Source of the DNA: Malacoraja senta
Taxonomy: Eukaryota
Assembly (NCBI GenBank): GCA_038087875.1
Contig: CM075977.1
Location: forward strand, 288,548,001-288,612,000
Direction of reading: 5' to 3'
DNA length: 64,000 bases
Shown here: one piece after another, positions 25,895 to 39,437 of the stretch
Layout of the letters: each line of letters starts with the position of its first letter
How positions within the stretch are numbered: the first letter of the stretch is position 1
The notes under the pieces: generated by a model
Databases searched by the model: none
Told to the model about the DNA's origin: nothing
What the model saw: only the letters and a program-made list of their open reading frames with translations
Program-made: the position numbers and the translations under genes

Positions 25895-27112
25895 AAGGTC
25901 CGAGTCAGCATGGATTTACGAAGGGGAAATCATGCTTGACTAATATTTTGGAATTTTTTGATGTAACTAGAAAATGGACAAGGGAGAGCCAGTGGATGTG
26001 GTGTACCTGGACTTTCAGAAAGCATTCGATAAGGTCCCAATAGGAGATTAGTGGGCAAAATTAGGACACATGGTATTGGGGGTAGAGTGCTGACATGGAT
26101 AGAAAATTGGTTGGCAGACAGGAGACAAAGAGTAGGGATTAATGGGTCCCTTTCAGAATGGGGCACCGCAAGGCTCGGTGCTGGGACCGCAGCTATTTAC
26201 AATATATATTAATGATTTAGATGAAGGGATTACAAGTAACATTAGCAAATTTGCAGATGACAAAGCTGTGTGAACTGTGAGGTGGATGCTATGAAAATGC
26301 AGGGTGACTTGGACAGGTTGGGTGAGTGGGCAGATGCAGTTTAATGTGGAAAAATGTGAGGTTATGGTAGCAAAAACAGGAAGGCAGATGATTGTCTAAA
26401 TGGTGTCAAGTTGGGAAAAGGGAAAGTACAACGGGATCTGTCCTTGTTCATCAGTCAATGAAAGTAAGCATACAGGTACAGCAGGCAATGAAGAAAGCAA
26501 ATGGCATGTTGGCCTTCATAACAAGAGGAGTTGAGTATAGGAGCAAAGAGGTCTTCTGCAGTTGTACAGAGCCCTGGTGAGACCACACCTGGAATATTGT
26601 GTGCAGTTTTGGTCTCTGAGTTTGAGGAAGGAATTCTTGCTCTTGAAGGAGAGCAGCTCAGTAGGTTCACGAGGTTAATTCCTGGGATGGCGGGACTGTC
26701 ATATACTGAGAGAATGGAGCGGCTGGGCTTGTATACTTTGGAATTTAGGAGGATGAGAGGGCATCTTATTGAAACATATAAGATTATTAAGGGTTTGTAC
26801 ACGCTAGAGGCAGGAAACATGTTCCCGATGTTGGGGGAGTCCAGAACCAGTGACCACAGTTTAAGAATAAGGCGTAAGCCATTTAGAACGGAGATGGGGA
26901 AACTTTTTCACACAGAGCGTTGTGAGTCTGTAGAATTCTCTGCCTCAGAGGGCGGTGGAGGCTGGTTCACTGGATACTTTCAAGAGAGAGCTAGATAGGG
27001 CTCTTAAGGATAGCGGAGTCAGGGTACTGATTGTGGATGATCAGCCATGATCACATTGAATGGCGGTGCTGGCTTGAAGGGCTGAATGGCCTACTCCTGT
27101 ACCTATTGTCTC
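25895..27112 (+). mobile_element. CR1 LINE 3' portion
   Basis: RT motifs (QHGF, QGSVLGP, FADD), 'EFRRMRGHLIETYKIIKG', 3' UTR 'gggctgaatggcctactcctg'. Confidence 0.92.
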
Positions 27113-27274
27113 TACCAGCCAAATGTTTCCAGAATTTTCGGTTTATATTCTGATTTATATGGAATCTACAGTTTTTGTTAGAAAATTGGGGAAATATTCT
27201 TCAAGTGCAGTTGGCAGAATAATCCAGAACACACCAGGCAGGTGCAGTGGTATCATCGTTAACTGAAACATTTA

Positions 27275-27945
27275 GAAACATGGAAAATAGGTGCAGGAGT
27301 AGGCCATTTGGTCCTTTGAGCCAGCACAGCCATTCAATATGAGCATGGCTGATCATCCAAAATCAGTACCCTGTGCTGGCTTTTTCCCCATATGCCTTTA
27401 TTCCCTTAGCCATAAGAGCTAAATCTAACTCTTGAAAACATCCAGTGAATTGGCTTCCACTGCCTTCTGTGCCAGAGAATTCCACAGATTCACAACTCTC
27501 TGGGTGAAAACGTTTTTTGTCATCTCATCCTAAATGGCCTACCCCATATTCTTAAACTGTGACCCCTGGTTCTGGTCTCCCCCAACTTCGGGAACATTTT
27601 TCCTGCATCCGCCCTGTCCAATCCACTAAGAATTTTATGTTTCTAAAGGATCCCTCTCATCCTAAATTCCGGAGAATATAAGCCCAGTCGACCCATTCTT
27701 TCTTCATACGTCAGTCCCGCCATCCCGGGAATTAACCTGGTGAACCTACGCTGGACTCACTCAATAACAATAATGTCCTTCCTCAAATTAGGAGACCAAA
27801 ATTGCACACAATACTCCAGGTGCAGTCTCACCAGGGCACTGTACAACTGCAGGAGGACCTCCTTGCTCCTAAACTCGAATCCTCTAGCAATGAAGGCCAA
27901 CATGCCATTAGTTTTCTTCATTGTGTACTGTACCTGCATGCTTCC
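27275..27945 (-). mobile_element. CR1 LINE 3' portion, inverted relative to the neighbouring copy
   Basis: ORF 27757..27966 (-) 'LHLEYCVQFWSPNLRKD'; 3' tail at ~27275. Confidence 0.9.
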
Positions 27946-28207
27946 TTGTTGGTCTTCCAATGTCAAAGTACAGTTTTGATTCCAATTTACCTAACCCACA
28001 TCTATTCAATGATAGTTGCCCTTTTCAATTAAGTTCACCAGAGTTGTCCTCATCCTTTTCCATACTTATTCCAAACCTTACATTTGCAGTTTCCTAGATA
28101 TTAGCACAAGGCTGCAGTCTTTGGAATAAGATGGGCTATAACAGCATTTATAGAAAAGTGACTGACTAACAGAAACAACATGGTAGTGAAAGTTATTTTT
28201 CAAACTA

Positions 28208-28430
28208 GGGCAGCAGAGTGGCACAGAAGTAGAGTTGCTGCCTTTCAGCACCAGAGACCCAGGTTCAAAGCTGAGTACAGGTGCTGAAACACTCCAAAAA
28301 CATACAGGTTTGTAGGTTAATTGGCTTTGCTAAGTTGTAAAATTGTCCTTAGTATGTAGGATAGTGTTCGTGTACAGGGTGATCGCTGGTTGGTGCGAAC
28401 TAGGTGATCCAAAAGGGCCTGTTTCCACAA
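28208..28430 (+). mobile_element. V-domain SINE, internally deleted
   Basis: Head 'gtagagttgctgcctttcagcaccagagacccaggttcaa' joined to 'caggtttgtaggttaattgg…ggcctgtttcc'. Confidence 0.75.
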
Positions 28431-29772
28431 TCTAACAGGTTGATTGGAAACTGAATGTATCGAGCAAAGGGACACAATGTAATCGGCAAAAGAACCAAAT
28501 ATGACATGACGAAAAACATTTTATGCCACAATTGGTTCAGAACACAAATAACAGAAGACATTTGATTCCTTAAGCCCACTCATTAAGATAATGGCAAATC
28601 TATTGTGTGGCCATTTGCCTGCAGTATCCCTAGATGCACTTACATTTATGAAGATGCTCAGGGCATTAACTATCACAACAGCCACCTCTAAAAATCAGCT
28701 TTTAGACTCTCAAACCTTTCTAGTATTATTTTGTGGATGTACTTATTTACTTAATTCCCTCATTCTCACTACACCTCGGGTTCCCTTGAATTTCTGACAG
28801 GTATTCTGTGAAAATAGGAAATGCGATTATTCCGTTCCTCTGCAATTTCCTTTCTTTCCCCATTATGCATTTGCCCATATCTTTTATCCCTCGGAATATT
28901 CTCCAGTAATTTGCCTACAACATGTTAGGCTCACTGTTTTATAGTTCCTAGACTTTTCTTTGCAACCCTTCTTAGGATCACAACATTAGGTGCCCTCCAA
29001 TCTTCTGGCACCTCACCAGTGCCTAATTATGAATCATATATCCAAGCTATTTGTTTTGTGCACTTAGTAGTAGTGATATTCAAATGCAGTATTCAAAACA
29101 GCAGAAAGTAATAGGTTTTCAGGGCTAAGGGGGAAAGACAGCAAGGGAATGGGACTAACTGGATTGCTCATACGTAGCCATTACAGATGAGATAAGATGT
29201 TATGTGGCCTCCTGTACTATAATTATTGCAATTGTAAATGTTATGCAATAATCACCACCTCACATTCACAAGCATGTGAGCATGCTTTCCACAAGATTTG
29301 GTCTACATGAGAGCAACTTTGATTTAATCCCCAAAAGTCCTGACCTATGGAGCTTTGTACAACTAGTTTCAGGTTATTCCACAATTTAAAAGGTTGATGC
29401 AACCCAGAGTACTATACCACTCCACACATCCCCACCACCTCTTCCCCTCTTTAATCCCCTAGTCCTCAAAAGAAAACACCATCCACCATCAGCTCTCTGC
29501 CATATTTAGGTTGTATTGTAAATCACTTGCAAGATGCTTTGCAGTAATGCCACAAGGCTTCTCCAATGGCACCTTCCAAATTAGTAACATCCTTTAATCC
29601 CATTCTATACTGCATTTTCACTGTAATAGAGTAAAAATCCTGCAACTTCATATTTAAAAGCACCATGTGTGTAATAGTTACTGTGTGGGGAAAACTAAGA
29701 ACAACAATAAATGCTATTCTTCGAGTAACCCTCCATCCAATAAATTATGTCCTTCGATCTGTTCATGCTCAC

Positions 29773-29863
29773 CTGGGAAGTATCTTTCTGGAATTTTTGT
29801 GATGTACAAAAAAAAAGCCACCGCTCCCATGAAATACATTACAAATATGCGTGGAACAAGTGC
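29773..29863 (-). CDS. PAQR3: PAQR3 coding exon 5 (ALVPRIFVMYFMGAVAFFLYITKIPERYFPG)
   Basis: cgcag| acceptor, g|gtgagc donor, 91 nt, phase 0-1; 'PERYFPG' PAQR motif. Confidence 0.95.
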
Positions 29864-30009
29864 CTGCGAAGACAATAATTGAGTTATAATAAAACAAATA
29901 AAAACTTGAATTTGTGAACATTCATTCTTATCTGTCCATACTTCTGCCTTTAAACAGCAATTTAGGTCCATTTATTTGAACACATTTTATTAAAATTCTC
30001 CATATTAAG

Positions 30010-30720
30010 GAGCAGGGTCTCTGCAGAAGGACTTGGACAGGTTGGTAGAGTGGCCAAAGAATTGGCAGATGGAATACAGAGTAGCCAAGTGTGGAGTCAT
30101 GGATTTTGGTAATAGGAATAAATGCACATACTTTTTTCGAAATGGAGAACAGATTCAGAAATCGGAGCTGCAAAGAGATTTGGGAGTGCGGGTGCAATAT
30201 TCCCAAAAAGTCAATTTGCAAGTTTAATTGGTAGTAAGGAAGGCAGATGCAATGCTAGCATTTATTTTGAGAGGACTAGAATATAAAAACAGGAATGTAA
30301 TGCTGAAGCTTTATAAGGCACTGGTCAGACCGCATTTGGAATATTGGGCCCCATATCTGAGGAGGGATGCACTGGTGTTGGAGAGAGTCCAGAGGAGGTT
30401 TATGAGAATGATCCCAGGAATGATTGGGTTAACATACGATTAGCATTTGATGGCACTGGGCCTGTACTTGCTGGAGTTTAGAAGGATGAGGGGGTACTTC
30501 ATTGAAAATTACCTAATAGTGAAAGCCCTGTATAGAATGGATGTGAGAGAATGTTTCCACTAGTGAGAGAGTCCTGGACCAGAGGCCATAACCTCAGAAT
30601 AATAGGCTGTACCTTTAGAAGGGAGATGAGGAATTTCTTGTCAGAGGGTGGTGAATCTGTGGTATCAATGACTAATCTATAGCCATTGGCTATAACCAAT
30701 GGCTATTTTTCATATTGACT
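30010..30720 (+). mobile_element. CR1 LINE 3' portion split by the Gypsy element (continues 35114-35250)
   Basis: 'KNWQMEY', 'LVRPHLEYWAPYL'; 3' UTR 'gggttatggggagaaagcagg…gaatggcctaattct' resumes after the 3' LTR. Confidence 0.85.
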
Positions 30721-31001
30721 CATTTGTGGCAGCACCAGGTGGTGGGCCACGGATTATACCTAACCTTCAGCTCTTGGGGGTGGGGTGGGGGGGGGGTCAC
30801 TTGTCCCGGTGACGAGAGGTAGGGGTCACGGTGTGGTCACGGGTGCCCCTGGGGAGTATTTAAGGTGTTAATCGTGCACGCACGGTGTCGGTGAGTGAGG
30901 AGAATTAGCGTTGCACTTAGCGTAGCAATAAAGAACGGTATTTTCGGACAAACTTCGTGTCTGCCTCGTTCTTTAACGGACAACTCCGCGTCCGCTACAT
31001 T

Positions 31002-31016
31002 TGGTGACCCCGACGT
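31002..31016 (+). promoter_or_regulatory. Primer-binding site complementary to tRNA-Trp
   Basis: TGGTGACCCCGACGT, 2 nt after the 5' LTR; reverse complement of the tRNA-Trp 3' end (…ACGUCGGGGUCACCA). Confidence 0.88.
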
Positions 31017-32346
31017 CCAGAATAGTTATTCTGGAATGAAAAATGTGCCCCGCCAGCACCCAGCCCTCCGCCGCTGACTAGGCTCAACTCAGCACTGTCG
31101 CCCTGAAGCTGCCAACCTCCTGGACCGCCCAGCCGCAGGTATGGTTCCAGCAGGCCGAGTCACAATTCTACGTGGGGTAACCAACGACGAGACCCGCTAC
31201 TATTACGTGGTCGGCATGCTGGGACAGGAAATGGCCGGGCGAATAATCCCTTATCTGCAGGATCCACCGGCAGCCAATAAATATGGCGGCCTGAAGGCGC
31301 AGCTGCTCCGTACCTTCAGCCTCAGTCGGATGGAGCGAGCGGCCCGCATTTTCAACAAGGGCAGGCTCGGCAACCGGATGGGGGCACCAGGCTGACCTCG
31401 GCGCCCGTATCGACCAAAAATCTCTCGCTCATGGACGGCCACCAGCACTGCATGCTTTTTGAATATGCCTACCTGCAACATATGCCTACCTGCAGCATAT
31501 GCCTACCTGCAACAAACTAACTCCTCGGAGGGGTAAGTTTTGAAAACCCGCGGGCTCTAGCAGAGCGTGCCGACGAGCTGTGGCTGGCCAGGCGGCAGGA
31601 AGTGGGCGCACTAGATCGGGTGTCCACAATGCCTAGATAGGCGCAGCGGCCTAGAGCCCAGGGGCTCTGCAGTGCATCTAAAGCCTGTCCTTAAAGGGGA
31701 ATAGTGCTTTTGCCACCTGCGTTGGGGATCGACGGCCCGCCAATGCTGCCCGCCCTGTGCGTTTCCGGGAAACGCTGGGGCCGACCGCCAGTAATCACCG
31801 CAGTGGTCGGCAAGATTCATCATCTTTACGCCTGGTTCGGGCCGAAGATTTTTGGTCGATACGGGCGCCGAGGTCACCTGGTGCCCCCATCCGGGATGGA
31901 CGCGGGGGCCTTTGTTGACTGCTGCGGATGGCAGCCCCATACAGACGTATGGGGTCCGCACCATATCTGTGATATTTGGTGTCTACCATTTTTCTTGGTC
32001 AGTGGCAGACGTGTCCCAGCCATTGTTGGGCACAGATTTTCTCTGGGCGCAATCTCTGCTGGTGGACGTGAGGGGACAGCAGCTTGTCCATGTTTCGACG
32101 CTTGAAGCAATCTCCTTGCACCCTACTACATCTGCTGTGCCAGTTCGCAACCCGGTGGCGGCGGTGGACAATATCTACGCACAGATTTTGGCAGAGTACC
32201 CAGCTATCCTGACCCCTCAGTTCGACTTGATCAACCCGATGCATGGGGTCCAGCATCACATTCTGATTTCGGGACCACCGCTTCAGGCCCGTGCCCGCAG
32301 ACAGGCACCCGACTAACTCCGGCTTGCGAAGCCGGAATTTCAAAAG

Positions 32347-33684
32347 ATGGAAGCAATGGGAAATGTACGGCGATCAAACAGCCCATGGACCTCCCCTTTG
32401 CACATGGTGCCCAAGGTCTGCAGTGGCTGGAGGCCTTGTGGCGACTACCGCCGCCTGAATGATGCCACAATTGCAGACTGTTACCCCGTCCCACACATTC
32501 AGGACTTCTCTGCCCATCTGGCTGGAGTTAAATTCTTCTCCAAAATCGACCTGGTCAGGGTGTACAATCAGATCCCCTTGCGACCGGAGGATGTGCCCAA
32601 AACGGCTATAATCACCCACTTCGAGCTCTTCGAATTTGTACATATGCCCTTCGGCCTTAAGAACGACGCACAGGCATTCCAATGCCTGGTGGACACTGTG
32701 GGGCGGGGGCTTGATTTTCTCTTCATTTATCTGGACGACATCCTGGTGGCGAGTCGTTCGCAGCAGGAACATTGCGCCCACCTCCGGTTGTTGTCCCAGC
32801 ATCTGAGCGAGTTCGGGTTGGTATTAAACCCGGATAAGTTCCAGTTCGGCCTTCGGGCCATCGACTTCTTGGGCCATCGTGTGACGCAGCATGGTGTGGT
32901 GCCTCTACCAGGCCGGGTGGAGGCCATTCGCCCGTTTCCACGGCCTTCCACAGTGCGGGGCCTGCAGGAATTCGTCAGGATGATACAGTTCTACCAGCGG
33001 TTTGTGCCGGCAGCCACGAGAATACTGCGGCCTCTATTTCAACTGTTGTCGGGCAAGCGGCGGGATGTGCAGTGGACAGACGTCACCGTGGCAGCCTTCG
33101 ATGGGGCGAAAGAGGAGTTGGCTCGGGCGGCGATGCTAATATATCCGCTGGTCGACGCCCCCACAGCATTAACTGTGGAGGCCTCGGACTCTGCGGTTGG
33201 TGGTGTGTTGGAACAGTTTGTTGACGGTCACTGGCGGCCTCTCGCCTTTTTCAGCCGACAAGTCAACCTGGCGGAGCATAAATACAGCACGTTCGACCAG
33301 GAGCTGCTCGCTTTATACCTGGCGGCTAGGCATTTCCGTTATTTCCTGGAGGGCCGGGACTTAATTGCATTTACTGACCATAAGCCCCTCACTTTCGCCT
33401 TCACCTTCGCCAAGGTGGCCGACCTCTGGTCCGCTCGGCAGCAGTGCCACCTCACCGCTATCTCAGAGTTCACGACGGACATCCGCCACATCGCCGGGAA
33501 AAATAACCTGGTCGCAGAGGCTTTGTCCCGCCCGGCGGTTATGGCCGTTCTCGACGTGGCCCCGAGAATCAATTACTCCGCTTTGGCGGCTGCGCAGCTA
33601 GCGGACGAGGAGATGAAATGCTATATCAGGACTGGTGCTCGAGGACGTGCATTTGGGTTCCGCTGGCATCACCGTCCTGTGTGA
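32347..33684 (+). pseudogene. Gypsy pol RT-RNase H segment
   Basis: 445-aa ORF with 'WRPCGDYRRLN', 'MPFGLKN', 'YLDDILV', 'FTDHKPL'; stop codon upstream and frameshift downstream. Confidence 0.9.
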
Positions 33685-35911
33685 CGTCTCCACGGGGCTG
33701 CCGCGGCCTATTGTTCCAGCGGCCTGACGTCGTCGGGTTTTCGACGACATTCATGGTTTGGCCCACTCATTCATCCGGGCGATGGTGGCTGCAAGATTCG
33801 TATGGCATGGATTGCGGAAGCAGGTCTGTCATTGGGCCCGGACGTGCATTCCCTGTCAAACATCGAAGGTTCAGCGGCACGTCCAGGCGCCAGTTCAAGA
33901 CTTTTCAGTGCCTCGCCGACGTTTCGACCATGTCCATGTGGATATCGTGGGGCCGCTGCCTCTGTTCCGCACTCGCTTACGGTGGTGGACCGTTTAACCC
34001 GGTGGCCGGAGGCCATCCCGCTTGTCGACACTTCGGCCCTATCCTGCGTGCGTGCCCTGGTGGCCTATTGGGTTGCCCGTTTTGGGGTACCGCTGGAAAT
34101 CCCAGGGTGCCCAATTCACGTCGGAGCTGTGTTCCGCAATGTTCCGACTGTTAGGGGCTCAGCTCCACCACTCGACGGCCTATCACCCCCAGTCGAATGG
34201 GTTGGTGGAATGTTTCCACTGCCTGCTTAAGGATGCTTGGAAGACTCGCCTGACTGGTCCCGGTTCGATGGACGAGTTGCCGTGGGTCCTACTAGGGATC
34301 CGCACCGCCCCTAAGGACTTGCAGGCTTCATCGGCCAAGTTGGTTTACGGCGTTCCACTAACCGTGCCCGGGGAGTTTATCCCAAACGCTGGCGACCCCA
34401 AAGAGTCGCCGTCATCCATGTTGTTTCGACTGCGGGAGACGGTCGGCGCCCTGTCTCCTATCCCAAAGTCTCAGCATGGTGTCACTCCATCTCACATGCC
34501 GCCGGATCTTGCGGACTGTCAGTATGTCTTCCTCCGCCACGACGCCCACAGGTCGCCCTTAGAGCGCCCTTAGGAAGGTCCTTTTCGGGTGCTACGGCAC
34601 GGGCCCACGACTTTTGAATTGGACATAGGGGGGGTCGGCGGGAAACCGTGTCAGTGGCTCGCTTGAAGCCGGCCCATTTGGACCTGAGCGAGCCAGTCCA
34701 GGTGGCCCAGCCTCGCCGTCTCGGGTCCCACCTAGTTCATCCTTACCAGAAAATAAACCTTTGCGTGGGGACGTACGTACGAGGTCCGGCCGCCTCGTTC
34801 GGCTGCCCACACGTTTTTGTGCCTCCGGTTCTGGGGGGGTAATGTGGCGGCACCAGGTGGTGGTCCACGCACTATACATAACCTTCAGCTCTTGGGGGGG
34901 GGGGGGGTCACTTGTCCTGGTGACGAAAGGTAGGGGTCACGGTGTGGTCATGGGTGCCCCTGGGGAGTATTTAATGTGTTAATTGCGCGCGCACGTTGTT
35001 GGTGAGTGAGGAGAATTAGCGTAGCACTTGGCGTGGCAATAAAAAACAGTATTTTCGGACAAACTTTTTTCTGCCACGTTCTTTAACGTACAACTCCGTG
35101 TCCGCTACACATTCTTCATTCGTAAAGGGTGTCGGGTTATGGGGAGAAAGCAGGAGATTGGGGTTGAGGGGGTAGATGAGCCACGATTGAATGGCGGAGT
35201 AAACTTGATGGACCGAATGGCCTAATTCTATTCCTAGAAATTATTAACTTATTAAGAGCTTGCATTTACGTCAACAATGAAGAAAATGTCCCTCATGCAC
35301 ATCACATAGATCACTGAAATAAAGTTGAAATAGGAGAAAACAAGTTTTTACAGCCTTTGTTTGCAAAATAACCACTGAGCCGGCTACATTAAATATTGTT
35401 TCAGAGCCATGTTAAAATACCAGCTCTACACAATGTACATCCACAGTGAGGAATTTAGATATGGCTGAAATATCCCAGGATTAAACTCTTACAGATTTCT
35501 TTCCAATGGCGAAAGGCTTGGGTTCCATGTGACCGGCTTGAAAGTATAGACCAACTAGAGTAGAATTTTGACTGTGAACAGGTTCTTCTATGCTGTGTGA
35601 AATCATGGGGGCAAATACACTACCAATCATTTAATTCTGGTATTAACCAGTAAAGTTAAATATTTTGGGCCAAAGATAACATTGAAGATAAAACACCTGT
35701 GGAGTAAGATGTACAATTAATATAATTTATTCCAAATGTTATTAAACTAAAAATAATGTGCTTTGGGCATTTATAACTAAAATGTCATATTTGATTGCTT
35801 GCTGAACTAGATGTTTTTATGGGAAATGCGGAATGGGGTTTTGTAGTCTCAAACATATAAGCTGACAAACACTAAATTCTGTACTAATATTTGTTAACTT
35901 GCTGCACTTAC

Positions 35912-36109
35912 CTGAACTATGGGTGCACTCATCCCTCCATTCTGCCAAATCCAGTGAATTGTTGGGATAAACCCATATGCAGAAACACAGCAAAAAATGA
36001 GTGCACGCAAGCTGTACCACCGTTGAGTGAGGTAATATGGATGTATTTGTGCAAAGAATACCGCCAATATCATAGCCAGCACCATTATTAAGTACACCTG
36101 TCGCCAAAA
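35912..36109 (-). CDS. PAQR3: PAQR3 coding exon 4 (FWRQVYLIMVLAMILAVFFAQIHP…APIVQ)
   Basis: gcttag| acceptor, |gtaagt donor, 198 nt, phase 0-0. Confidence 0.96.
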
Positions 36110-36421
36110 CTAAGCACAAAAACAAAATAGAATTCATGTTTAAAATATGAACAGGTTCATGGTTAGAAGAATTACTACACTTAAAGAGATTAGTCATTCA
36201 ATTAATTGTGAAATTCTGATAGTTGAACAAATAGCATATTTCTGGAAGTATTGATTCAATCTTGGTTAGATACCCAGATAGTGATTTGGTACAAAAGCAG
36301 TTTTAAGATTTGGTTCAATTGTCTTAAAAAAATATCATTTATTTGTAGCAAAGTTGCCTCTTCCACCTGTAGATAAAGCACATTTGTAAGAGGCAACATT
36401 CTCCTGTTAATATGCAAGTAA

Positions 36422-36828
36422 AGGGTCTGTCCCACATGGGCGACATTTGGGCGACTGCGGAGCGTCAGTGACTGAAGCCCGTAAAACTGACAAGTTGCAC
36501 GACGTATGCTGTCATGCGGGTGACGCCCGGTTAGGGTTGAGGCTGTAAAATATTCTTCCTTCAATGCATGGATTTTAAAAATTAATGTATTAAAATTAAT
36601 ACAATAAAATCAATTGTGCAAATGAAAAGATGTCTGAGTCGTTCAGTTTTATTTATAGATGTATTGGTTCGCTTCCAGATCCGATCACCGTCTCTATAAC
36701 TTTTCACAGGGATGGATTGAGTGTAGACTGAACTCCCCTCTCCTCTCTTCGCCCCTCACGACCCGACCACGACGCAACAACCTCTTTTTAGGCTGTCGCC
36801 TAAATGTCGCCCAAGTGGGACAGGCCCT
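36422..36828. mobile_element. Non-autonomous PIF/Harbinger-type MITE
   Basis: TAA|agggtctgtcccacatgggcgacatttgggcgac … gtcgcctaaatgtcgcccaagtgggacaggccct|TAA; 3-bp TAA TSD. Confidence 0.88.
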
Positions 36829-37307
36829 TAACACACTGGAAAGAGCTGTACATTCAAAAGGGAGGGAGGAACTCAGGAAGATTACTATCACCAGGGCAGC
36901 AGGGCCATGCAAACTGTTGGAGTTATGGGCGAGCAGCATTTTGGTCTTGATGGACTTAACCTTAGGATCTTAAAAAAAAAGTGCCTGTCAAGGTAAACGA
37001 TACATTGTTTTAATTTTCAAAAAAGCCAAGATTAGGACAGATTTCATTAGGTTGGAAAAGAGCGCAATTTTTTTATTAAAAAAAGAGGGAGACAAAAAAG
37101 AAATTACAAGCCAATTTGTTTATTATCTGTCACAGGGAAAACATTCAAAACTTAAAAATGTTATAGACGGGCACTTAGAAAACTTAAAAATAATCAAGTT
37201 AATGAAAGTTTTCTGGAAAGGAAATCATGTTTCATCAATTTATTGAAGTTCTTAGAAAAAGTAACATCTGGTTTCAATGCATTCAGAATGCATTTGATAA
37301 ACTGCTA

Positions 37308-39115
37308 TAGTGCCCTCCATAATGTTTGGGACAAAGACCCATCATTTATTTATTTGCCTCTGTACTCCACAATGAGATTTGTAACAGGAAAAAAAATCAC
37401 ATGTGGCTAAATTGTCAGATTTTAATAAAAGCCATGTTTATATATTTTGGTTTCACCACGTAGAAATTACAGCAGTGTTTATACATAGTCCCCCCATTTC
37501 AGGGCACCATAATGTTTGGGACAAATGGCTTCATAAGTGTTTGCAATTACTCAGGTGTGTCTAATTGCCTCCTTAATGCAGATATAAGAGAGCTCTCAGC
37601 ACCAAGTCTTTCCTCCAGTCTTTCCATCACCTTTGGAAATTTTTATTGCTGTTTATCAACATGAAGACCAATGTTGAGCCAATGAAAGTTAAAGAAACCA
37701 TTATGGGACTGAGAACCAGGAAAAAAACTGTTAGAGACATCAGCCAAACCTTAGGCTTACCAAAATCAACAGTTTGGAACATCATTAAGAAGAAAGAGGG
37801 CAGTGGTAAGTTTACTAATCGCAAGGAAGACCTCCACAGCTGATGACAGAAGAATTCTCTCTATAATAAAGAAAAAAAACCAAACACCTCTCCGACAGAT
37901 CAGAAACACTCTTCAGGAGTCAGGTGTGGATTTGTCAATGACCACTGTCCGCAGAAGACTTCATGAACAGAAATACAGAGGCTACACTGCAAGATGCAAA
38001 CCACTGGTTAGCTGCAAAAATAGGATGGCCAGGTTACAGTTCGCCAAGAAGAACTTAAAAGAGCAACTGCAGTTCTGGAAAAAAAGGTCTTGTGGACACA
38101 TGAGATGAAGATTAACTTATATCAGAGTGATTTATTTAAGAAAGAACTGCAGATGCTGGAAAAATCGAAGGTAAACAAAAATACTGGAGAAACTCAGTAG
38201 GTGAGGCAGCATCTATGGAGCGAAGGAATAGGTTTTCCTTTGCTCCATAGATGCTGCCTCACCCGCTGAGTTTCTCCAGCATTTTTGTCTATATCAGAGT
38301 GATGGTAAGAACAAAGTATGGAGGAGAGAAGGAACTGCCCAAGATCCAAAGCGTACGACCTCATCTGTGAAACACGGTGGTCGGGGTGTTATGGCCTGGG
38401 CATGTGTGGCTGCTGAAGGTACTGGCTCACTTATCTTCATTGATGATACAACTGCTGATGGTAGTAACGTAATGAATTCTGAAGTGTATAGAAACATCCT
38501 ATCTGCGCAAGTTCAAACAAATGCCTCAAAACTCATAGGCCGGCAGTTCATTCTCCAGCAAGACAATGATCCCAAACATACTGCTAAAGCAACAAAGGAG
38601 TTTTTCAAAGCTAAAAAATGGTCAATTCTTGAGTGACCAAGTCAATCACCTGACATGAACCCAATAGAGCATGCCTTTTATATGCTGAAGAGAAAAATGA
38701 AGGGACTAGCCCCCAAAACAAGCATAAGCTAAAGATGGCTGCAATACAGGCCTGGCAGAGCATCACCAATCACCAGAGAAGACACCCAGCAACTGGCGAT
38801 GTCCATGAATCGCAGACTTCCAGCAGTCATTGCATGCAAAGGATATGCAACAAAATACTAAACATGACTACGTTCTTTTACATGACATTGCCGTGTCCCA
38901 AACATTATGGTGCCCCGAAATGGAGGGACTATATATAAACACTGCTGTAATTTCTACATGGTGAAACCAAAATGTATAAAAATGGCCTTTAATAAAATCT
39001 GACAATGTGCACTTTAACCACATATGATTTTTTCTATTACAAATCTCAAATTGTGGAGTACAGAGGAAAATAAATAAATGACGGGTCTTTGTCCTTAACA
39101 TTATGGAGGGCACTG
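37308..39115 (+). mobile_element. Tc1 transposon copy 3, frameshifted transposase
   Basis: TA-flanked long TIRs; 'DISQTLGLPKSTVWNIIKK', 'KHGGRGVMAWAC', 'QQDNDPKH'. Confidence 0.95.
38132..38289. mobile_element. Short fold-back Penelope-like pLTR insertion inside Tc1 copy 3
   Basis: 14-bp direct repeat tatatcagagtgat (38118-38131 and 38290-38303) flanks ~54-bp inverted arms related to 'gatgctgcctgacccgctgagttactccagca' of the other Penelope-like copies. Confidence 0.75.
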
Positions 39116-39386
39116 TACATCAAAGTACATTACATGCATGGTGCTTTTAGATATGAAGTTGCAGGATTTGACTCTATAACATATTACAACATATTAGTAT
39201 GCATTTCAGATTAGATGGCTACATGAAAACAGTAGCATAAATAGGTTGTTTTCTAGATGGCAATGCCACAGGGAACATACATACACAGTTCATATAAATA
39301 ACTCAGAATGTAAAAGATAGTAGGAAAGCAATGTTGTACAGGCTACATCTATCTATCATATCTATCTATCATATCATATATCTATT

Positions 39387-39437
<51 letters not shown>

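Larger units (their letters stand above)
30725..35109 (+). mobile_element. Full-length degenerate Ty3/Gypsy LTR retrotransposon
   Basis: TG…CA LTRs at 30725-30999 and 34843-35109, 4-bp TSD CATT on both sides; gag, protease 'LVDTGAEV', RT 'YLDD', RNase H 'FTDHKPL', integrase 'YHPQSNGLVE' in Gypsy order; G7 PPT before the 3' LTR; several stops and frameshifts. Confidence 0.97.
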
